Below, in pieces: positions 54,617 to 64,000 of a stretch of 64,000 nucleotides of DNA. Below the pieces are notes generated by a model, which had not been told where the DNA came from, did no database searches, and saw nothing but the letters and a program-made list of their open reading frames with translations. The stretch is from Octopus vulgaris. Its lineage: Eukaryota. The stretch is from the NCBI GenBank assembly GCA_951406725.2, contig OX597830.1:61194001-61258000 (forward strand), written 5' to 3'. Numbering within the stretch: position 1 is the stretch's first letter; every line of letters starts with the position of its first letter. Both the position numbers and the translations under genes were made by a program.

Positions 54617-55271
54617 TATATAGGACCTGGAATGGTCCATGCTCGTAACAGACTGGTGAAAATTCAATTCTCTCTCAAATTTTTGTAATTTAAGCTTCCA
54701 TGGAAAGGTCTTCTTATTCTTAGCTTTCACAAAAGTATGATCGCCATAAGAAGCTTCGTCGAAGGATATGATATGGAGCGCTTATAACTGGAAAGACAAC
54801 AGAATCAACCCCGATTCGGCAATATAGAACAACTCAGGACGGGTGTATAAATAGAACAATCTCATGACATTGACATTTTCCTTCTATTTATTGTAATTCC
54901 AGATGTGTGTCTTAAGATATCTCTATCAGTTCTGTCTGTCTGTCTGTAAGTCTGTCTGTTAGTATCTATGCGTGTGTGTGTATGTGCGTGTGCATATATG
55001 TATGTATGTAGATGTGTGTGTATGTATGTATGGGATGTATGTGTATGTGTGTGTGCATGTATGTATGTATATGTGTGTGTATGTATGCATTGTAGCATGT
55101 GTATGTGTTTGTATGTATATGTGTGTATGTATATGTGTGTGTATGTATATGTGTGTGTATGTATGTATGTACATATGTATCTTTGTATGTGATTCTGTGG
55201 GTGTATATATATATATATGTGTGTGTGTGTGTATGTAAGTATCTATATATGTATTTAAACATATATGTATT

Positions 55272-55321
<50 letters not shown>

Positions 55322-56166
55322 TATATGTATGTATATATGCACACACATGTATACATATACGTATATGTGTACACACACATGCACACAAACACACACACAC
55401 ACACACACACACACATCTATAACTATGTTCTATGTATATGTGTGGGCCCTCCCCCTCTCTTGTCTCACTTTCGCTATGCATACAAACACGATCAAATAAT
55501 CGATTGGTTACGAGGGCGTGTAATGAACTGACGCTGCGAGCGCAGGGTTGCTGGCGGTGGTTTCGTTGCAGACGACTCCAAACCAATATAGCTGTTGTTA
55601 AATACTCTCCATGAAAAGTGACTATTAACACAGAATAGTTAGTGATAAAGGAATGCGAACAATGAACCATATTTATTCACAATAGAAGCCATAAAGACCG
55701 CCAACACACCGGTCAAACATCCGTTGCTCCGTCGCAAACATCATTCACTCGGTCACACAAAACAATTCGCTCCCTCTAAACAGTCTATAACTCCTCTTTC
55801 TTTTAAGCCCCTCGTTTCATTCATACCCGTACATAACCGCAGATATGAACACACACAAATACACACGTACACACGTACTCACGCAAACACGCAAACACAC
55901 ACGCATACACACACAGGTATACACGCATCTGCAAATAGAGAAGCACTTACACTCAGACACATACGCGCGTGCGCACGCACTCAAGCGCATACTCCTCCAC
56001 CCTAAAGGAAATTATGGGTGTGCATGGGAACGAATTTCACGGGATGCGGATATGTGCCCACTTCCACCTTAGCCTTCACATCAAAAGTCTTAGCATACCT
56101 CCTAACCTTTTCTCATATACACATATATGTATGTGTGTGTGTGTATACATGTATATATGTTTACAA

Positions 56167-56207
<41 letters not shown>

Positions 56208-56504
56208 CATATAAATATATTACAAAAAGATAGACATCTGTTGTTATTTTTAATCGACAGAAAGTTATAAAAGCGATTCAAGGTCCGAGAGATTCTTGCC
56301 TGGTCCTTCTGGAACCAACATAAAAACCAGGAAATCGCTTCTTATATGGTGTGATTTTATCGTTATTTCTTGAATGTTTAAGTAAGACTTGATATTAGAG
56401 GCTAGTGTATAATTAAAAATCTCGAATAATTTACCTGCTCATTAGAGGACGATAACTCTGAGCCACAAAAAAGAAAAAAGAGAAAATAAACACCTACATA
56501 TAGG

Positions 56505-56895
56505 GGCAGGCATAGCCGTGAGGTATGAAGCTTGCTTCCAAACAATATAATTCCGGGTTCAGTCCCACTGCCTTACTATAGTATAGTAGTGACTTCTTCT
56601 ATAGTATCGGGTCGACCAAAGCCTTGTGAGTAGAATTGGTAGATGGAAACTGAAGGAAAGCCGTCGTATGTATGTATGTATGTGTATACACACACACAGA
56701 CACACACACACATATATATAGTGTGGTAAGAAGCTTGCTTCCCAATCACATGGTTCCGGGTTCAGTCCCACTGCGTGGCAACTTGGGTATTTGTCTTCTA
56801 CTTATAGTCTTGGGCAGACCAAAGCCTTGTGAGTGGTTTGGTAGACGGAAACTGAAAGAAGCCCGTCGTATATATATACACACACACACACACAT

Positions 56896-56947
<52 letters not shown>

Positions 56948-57240
56948 CGTATATGCTTATGTACGTGTGCCTTTGTGTCTGTGTTTGTTCCCCACTACCG
57001 GTATTAGTGTGTTTACGTCCCCGATAGAATAAGTACTAGGATATAAAAGATAAGTTCCGGGGTCGATTTCTTCGTCATGTGACTGAAACAAGCCACGTAC
57101 AAGTCTCTGGATGTCCCACCACTACTGCTTGACAACCGGTGTAGGTGTGCTTACGTCCTCGTAACCTAGCAGATCAGTAAAAATCCGACGGAATAAGTAC
57201 CTGGTTTAAAAGCAAGCTTCTTATCATACAGCCACGCCGA
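56505..57240 (+). mobile_element. Tandem decayed SINE family A copies
   Basis: Heads near 56505 and 56721, tails to about 57090 and 57210. Confidence 0.75.
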
Positions 57241-57272
57241 TATATATATATATATGTAAACACACATCATCA

Positions 57273-57340
<68 letters not shown>

Positions 57341-57551
57341 CTTTGAACTTTTTTTCAACATCTCAAATGTAAGATTTCTTCTCAGAAGCTTGAGGTTCGT
57401 CTCATCCGACGATCAAATCAATCCACAAACATTATTTTGGAACACCGAGCCCCTAGAAACTGCTGTTGGGTTTGTGATGCTTTTCTCCAACCCCTTCAAT
57501 TCTCGATATTATTTCTTTTCTGTATAAGTCGGACATTTTCGTATGTAAACA

Positions 57552-58175
57552 TATGAAGTCTGATCAATAATCATCGGGACTGTTGGTATCATAGTAACGA
57601 AGCTAAAATACGCAGAGTGAAGCCGCACGGCACAGATTGACCTTGACCTCTGCTGTGCATGCGCACAAAAACTTGAACGTCCTAGCTAACTTCCGCTGTT
57701 TACAGTAGTGCTTGGAAGGAAGGTGTGTAGCATCTGATCGTCACATTGAGCAGGACAGAGAAAGTGGTCATGGTGATACCTGCTCAGAGGCTTATGCAAA
57801 GTTGCAGAAAGTGTATGGAGAAGAGTGCATGAGCCACACAGAAGTGTACTAGTGGTTCAGACGTTTCGAAGATAGCAGAAAAAATGTCGATATTAACGAA
57901 TGTTTTGTGAGACCCGCAACCGGCAGAACTGAGAAAAACATCGCAGTTGTGCGTGCAGCTGTGAGGGGAAAGCGTCGAATCACCATCCGTGAGTTATCAG
58001 AGGATATGCAGATTAGTTACGGTTCAGTTTAGTCCATTATCACTGAAGATTTGGGTATGAGACGCGTGTTTGCTCAGTCTCTGCCAAAACTGCTTTCAGC
58101 TGACCAAAAAGACACTCGGGTTTCAGCTACACAAGATCTTGATTGTGTCATCCTTGAGAACAATGAAATTTTTCG
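57552..58175 (+). mobile_element. Mariner 5' half, pseudogenised
   Basis: TIR-like TATGAAGTCTGATCAATAA; SEAYAKLQKVYGEECMS..VY*WFRRF..RRITIRELSE..IITEDLGMRRV..PKLL. Confidence 0.88.
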
Positions 58176-58459
58176 TGGTAGATTTGAAAAATTAGAATGT
58201 ATAAGCACGGGGCATATACTGGATTGCCTCTTGTATATATATTTAATCTAAGGTGTACCTACTGAAGGAGGCTTCGCCTAGCAAATTATTTTGTTTGTTA
58301 AAAAAAGTCTGAAATCATTGATCCAGGAGTTAGATGGTAAATGTTTTTATTTTTCATACCCTTCGATATTTTATCTCTAATAGTGGTTCGGAATTTAACT
58401 GTCCTCTCTAGCGTGTAGGTATTCCTATGATGGATACCTCTTATGTGTTTAAGTGTGCA

Positions 58460-58496
<37 letters not shown>

Positions 58497-58696
58497 AACA
58501 CACACGTATAAAACACGTGTACACGAAGTACGATCATTGCTAGAAATAGCAGCGGGTAAGTTTACGGCGCTAGCGCCGTAAACTTACCGGCTGCTATTTG
58601 TGTACACCTGGTTAATATATTTATAATTCTACCTATGTGGTGCTTTATATGTTGCTGGATATTAATATTAGTTTAAATAACATTTATATTTCCATG

Positions 58697-58734
<38 letters not shown>

Positions 58735-58892
58735 CATACACACACACTCACACACACACACCACATATAGGTAAAAAATTAATGCGTGCGTGTGTTGCAT
58801 AAATAATATTTTCAGGATTAAATATAAAGACAGCAAACAGAAATACACAGATTTATGATATGTTCATATGTTCATTTACTACACGGTTTTTG

Positions 58893-58943
<51 letters not shown>

Positions 58944-58957
58944 TACATACATACATA

Positions 58958-58996
<39 letters not shown>

Positions 58997-59068
58997 GTAT
59001 ATCATATTTTCCGTTTGCTGTCTTCCTATATATATATGTATGTATATATATATATATACACCCCCCCC

Positions 59069-59106
<38 letters not shown>

Positions 59107-59183
59107 ATTCAACCTTATAAACTATAACCAATCGTGTAGATGCTATTCACTGCCTTACCGTAACAAATATGGTATCTCATGCT

Positions 59184-59417
59184 GAAGGCGGCGAGCTGGC
59201 AGAAACGTTAGCACGCCGGGCGAAATGCTTAGCGGTATTTCGTCTGTCGTTACGTCCTGAGTTCAAATTCCGCCGAGGTTGACTTTGCCTTTCATCCTTT
59301 CGGAGTCGATTAAATAAGTACCAGTTACGCACTGGGGTCGATGTAATCGACTTAATACCTATGTCTGTCCTTGTTTGTCCCCTCTGTGTTTAGCCCCTTG
59401 TGGGCAATAAAGAAATA
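59184..59417 (+). mobile_element. SINE family B, full length
   Basis: 13-bp TSD GGTATCTCATGCT. Confidence 0.92.
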
Positions 59418-60411
59418 GGTATCTCATGCTTCTGAATTTAAAATACATAAATATCAAAAGCATATTAATATTCTGAGATGTCTTAAAACCGATGCAATTT
59501 GAGCATAGAATTCAAAATTGCTTAGTTTTTGATTTAGGAAAAATGCGCTGTAATTTAGAAAGGAAACAGGAAGTCTAATGGTTATTCCGTTCACAAGTTA
59601 TTAATATGTGAATGGAACAAATTTGTTTCAGCCGGGAATTACAACTATATTGCTATGAGGGAGCTCGAGTTAACAATGGAGTCGTCGCTCGACCTACTAT
59701 AAACACTTGTGAAATCACCCTAAAATTATACCCTATCATCTTAAATATGGGGAAACAGGAGATAATGTAGTTATATATGCACTGGAACAGATGGGTTGGT
59801 CACGGCTGTGTGCCTGCTTAATCAACGTTGACTGGGATTAAACAACGGCAATTGTAATTGGTACTGTTGAAACTTGTTTTCACTGACGATGCTCAGAATA
59901 CCGAGAAAACGATATTGATTTCTGACATTAAAACGAGACCACACATTCTTGGGGAGGGTAGATTTAATTAAATGGGCCTCACTGTTTGACAGCTATTTCA
60001 TTTTATTGATCCGGAATGATGAAAGGCAAATTCACTCCCAGCAGAATTTGAACCTAGAAAGTAAAGATGTCAAACTACAACGATTCTGCCAGTTCCTCAG
60101 GCTTCGAGACAATTAAAAATAAAATACTCCGATCATTTCTCATGTAGAATGATTGTATCCTGATTTTCTTCCTAATTAACTGCCAGGACTTGGAGTTGGA
60201 TGAAATATAATAAAATATCTTTAAGAATTGGTTCTACAATTGTAGGTAAATAAGGCTTTGTGCGCTCAGTTTTTGTTATTTACTACTGTTTTTATTTAAC
60301 TAAGGGTCAGGTTGAACGAACTCGTAATCAAAAACCTTCCAACCTTCGCTGTTCCATTCTATGCCCAATGCATTCTTTCTTTTGAAGGACTCTAGGTCCG
60401 CCTCTGTTTAC

Positions 60412-60469
<58 letters not shown>

Positions 60470-60548
60470 CTGTCTCTCTGTCTGTCTCCCTCTGTATGTC
60501 TCTCTTTCTGTCTCTTTCTGTCTGTCTCTCTCTCTGTCTCTCTCTCCA

Positions 60549-60587
<39 letters not shown>

Positions 60588-61488
60588 GTCTCTCTCTGAA
60601 TTCGCTCACACAGACAATTTCTTTATTAACTATGAGGTTGAGAAAAAGAGGGGGATGATACGAGCTCACACAGACATCTGCTCGCACACATTCACAATAG
60701 AAACAATGACCCCACCCCGCAAAAAAAAACAAAAAAAAACAAACAAACCAAAAACAAAAGCATCGCAGAGACGACGAATTCCCTGCGCGCGGATAACTTT
60801 TTCCCCCAAATTAAAATGTGGCTTACAATGCGATGCTTATTCATGCTTTTTTTATTGAAATGAATTTATTTTAAGTATCACCATTATAGGTATTTATACA
60901 CCGGTGAAATTAAGATATCAACTCTCGAATCCATCGGTGTACACACACACACAGAGGCACGCACACACACACATACAGTCGCATATCTCTATGTATTTAT
61001 GTATGTACGCATGCATGTCTGTCTGTCTGTCTGTCTGTATGTATGTATGTATGTATGTATGTATGTATGTATGCATGTATGCACACGTGTCTACGCGCAT
61101 AAGTTCACCATGATCTATGCACACGCATATGTGGATCGATGCGTATGAAAAACAGAAGTGAACAAAATAATATGACTATTTGCTAATCGGGAAATTTGTA
61201 AGTTCGATTGTTTTATAATTTAAAAAATATATAATCAAGCCAAATGTTCAACATTTTGAGCTACTCACCCAATGAGTATTTCTGCCAAATGTAGTGAAGA
61301 TCCGTTCCGCTGTTTTCCAGTAATTTTGCAAACACACAGACAAACAGATAAAGAAGAATGATTACTATACTCTGCTTTCGCTTGCGTGCGCAGAGTAAAT
61401 GTCTCGCAGATATAACGAAATTACTTTTTGCGTATAAAACATCTTTCGATAAATATAAAATGAATTTATGTTTAGACATATGATGACA

Positions 61489-61659
61489 GGCGCAAGAGTG
61501 GCTGTGTGGTAAGTAGCTTGCTAAGCAACCACATGGTTCCGGGTTCAGTCCCACTGCGTGGCATCTTGTGCAAGTGTCTTCTGCCATAGCCCCGGGCCGA
61601 CCAATGCCTTGTGAGTGGATTTGGTAGACGGAAACTGAAAGAAGCCTGTCGTATATATG

Positions 61660-61690
<31 letters not shown>

Positions 61691-61908
61691 GTGTGTTTGT
61701 GTGTCTGTGTTTGTCCCCCTAGCATTACTTGACAACCGATGCTGGTGTGTTTACGTCCCCGTCACCTAGCGGTTCGGCAAAAGAGACCGATAGAATAAGT
61801 ACTGGGATTACAAAGAATAAGTCCCGGGGTCGATTTGCTCGACTAAAGGCGGTGCTCCAGCATGGCCGCAGTCAAATGAATGAAACAAGTAAAAGAGAGT
61901 AAAAGAGT
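61489..61908 (+). mobile_element. SINE family A, full length (tRNA head, internal microsatellite)
   Basis: A box TGGCTGTGTGG, B box GGTTCAGTCCC, internal (TA)n(TG)n, tail AAAAGAGT repeats. Confidence 0.9.
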
Positions 61909-62384
61909 AATATAATGAATTCACAATCAAAAGACACTGTGGAATACAATCATATACTTATTAAAGTATACAAAAGATATTAAATGTTTACGCCCCGAAC
62001 AAATCTCGGGTGATTAGCTATCGTTAGTAAAACAACTGCCGTGATGCCGTCTTCATATATACGTGTATTTTAAGATTTCGTTTAAGTGTAGCGATATTAG
62101 TAACCTGCCATTAGTATTCAGCGCACATATGCGTCAGTGTAAAACCCTAGGTGAGTACAGAGATTGAACTGAAATTAAAGAAATGAGAAGGGTACAGAGA
62201 TCATGTCAGGAAACAGGGATCACGAAATCGCATCGTCGGTAGCCAATCTCCCGTTGATCACATAATCACGTATTCAACTTCACTGGTTTACAACTTTTTA
62301 CCTATTTGGGGGAAACATTTAAACACATATGTATTGAAATGTTTTCCCAAATAAACATGCACTTCATTTTAGAAACTCCGTGAA

Positions 62385-62501
<117 letters not shown>

Positions 62502-62765
62502 ATTTATCTCTCTCTGATCTGGAATAGAGAAAGAAACTATGCACATCAGTTGAGAAGTTAGTGGAAATAAGTTACCCAGCACAGGTTAATAATGTTGACG
62601 TTTCCCTAAACGTGTTTATTTCTCACCCAGTTGTTCGTAGATTTGCCAAGTGCCAAATCTACGAAGTACAGTTTATAAGGGGTCAGTTGACCACTTCAGG
62701 GGTCGGTTGACCACTTCATATGGTGTTTTAACTCAGAAAGACAACTATGTAGAATTGAAGAATGT

Positions 62766-62916
62766 ACGGGACGCCGGTCCGTCGCAGGTGAGCTGTAAGA
62801 GGAAAGAGTGAGAGAAAGTTGTGGCGAAAGAGTCAGTAGGAGTTTCGCCATTACCTTCTGCCGGAGCCGCGTAGAGCTTACGTGTTTTACTCATAAACAT
62901 ACACATCGCCCGGTCT
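62766..62916 (-). mobile_element. Fragment related to SINE family D
   Basis: Reverse complement CAGACCGGGCG..AAAACAC..GGCTCCGGCAG..CTCTTTC aligns to 38983-39100. Confidence 0.7.
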
Positions 62917-63075
62917 GCTTTAGATATCGAGAAATTCACATCAATCCATAAATACGGACACGACTATTCTGCTGATGTTGTCCAGATTCCAATGAAAGAG
63001 TCTTGTTTCTAGGCTAGGAACCAACTTTTCTCAGTAAGAAAATCGAAATATGAAACACGTACACGCACACACACA

Positions 63076-63109
<34 letters not shown>

Positions 63110-63793
63110 TGCACATACACACACACACTCACACACACACACATGCACATACACAGATACACACACACTCACACATATACGCGCGCTCACACACATATAC
63201 GTACACTCATGCACATACACAGATACACGCACATACAGATACGCATGCGCATATATACATGAATACATACTTAGAGATTCTCTATCGTAAGAAAATTTAA
63301 AAGTAAAAACGGGAGAACATTAATGCGAAGTTCAAATTGGCATTTATGTATATACACACACACACGCACACGCACAAAACACACATCTACATACACATAT
63401 ACACACACATAAACACATACACATACACACGCGCACTAAACATTTGTATATTAACACGATGAGGAAAAAATAGAACTTTAAAAGAAAGGGGAGTGTTTAT
63501 TTCTCGCCCAGTTGTTGGAGTTGTCGGCCAAGTGCCAAATCTACGAAGCACAGTTTATAGGGGTCAGTTGACCACTTCATATGGTGTTTTAACTCAGACT
63601 GGCAATCCAATCAATCGCCAAACTGTCTCCTATTTACAACAACCCCATTTCATTTCACACTGCTTTCAATCCATTTTATATTCTCGCTTCTTTATTCGTT
63701 ATATTCAAATAAATATAAAAAAAAAGAACTGGATGAAAAAATGTTGAAGAAAATATAATAAAATAATCACGTATACATTAATGCACGCACAGC

Positions 63794-63972
<179 letters not shown>

Positions 63973-64000
63973 ACAACGACTTGCAGCGGAATGAAAAAGC

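Noticed and set aside
60758-60838. 10-bp inverted arms AAGCATCGCA/TGCGATGCTT
   Set aside because: The interior does not pair; compatible with chance.

Overview
AT-rich, extremely microsatellite-rich eukaryotic DNA with no recognisable host protein-coding gene. It is probably intergenic or deep intronic, and the SINE repertoire and repeat density suggest a coleoid cephalopod, most likely Octopus (inference). Nearly all ORFs in the track are artefacts of (TA)n, (CA)n, (TATC)n or (CAT)n repeats or of SINEs. The real content is transposon-derived: four types of tRNA-derived SINE, decayed Tc1/mariner, hAT, L1/Tx1, CR1, RTE and Penelope-like (PLE, GIY-YIG) elements, Helitron-like pieces and a 55 x 32 bp minisatellite. 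Most notable observations: (1) about a dozen hammerhead-ribozyme-shaped motifs, many in PLE-type terminal repeats, including two with canonical cores (586-647, 48718-48807) and a family with a compensatory G3-C8 core (GUGAACA), two copies of which sit back-to-back in a 147-bp palindrome (43392-43538); (2) three copies of a GG-terminated MITE with 8-bp TSDs and variable TTAGGG telomeric repeats; (3) a SINE with an apparent G(A/G)TAT target preference and a recurrent dimer junction; (4) a pri-miRNA-like hairpin in unique sequence (55503-55587). All calls were made by eye, and boundaries of decayed elements are approximate.
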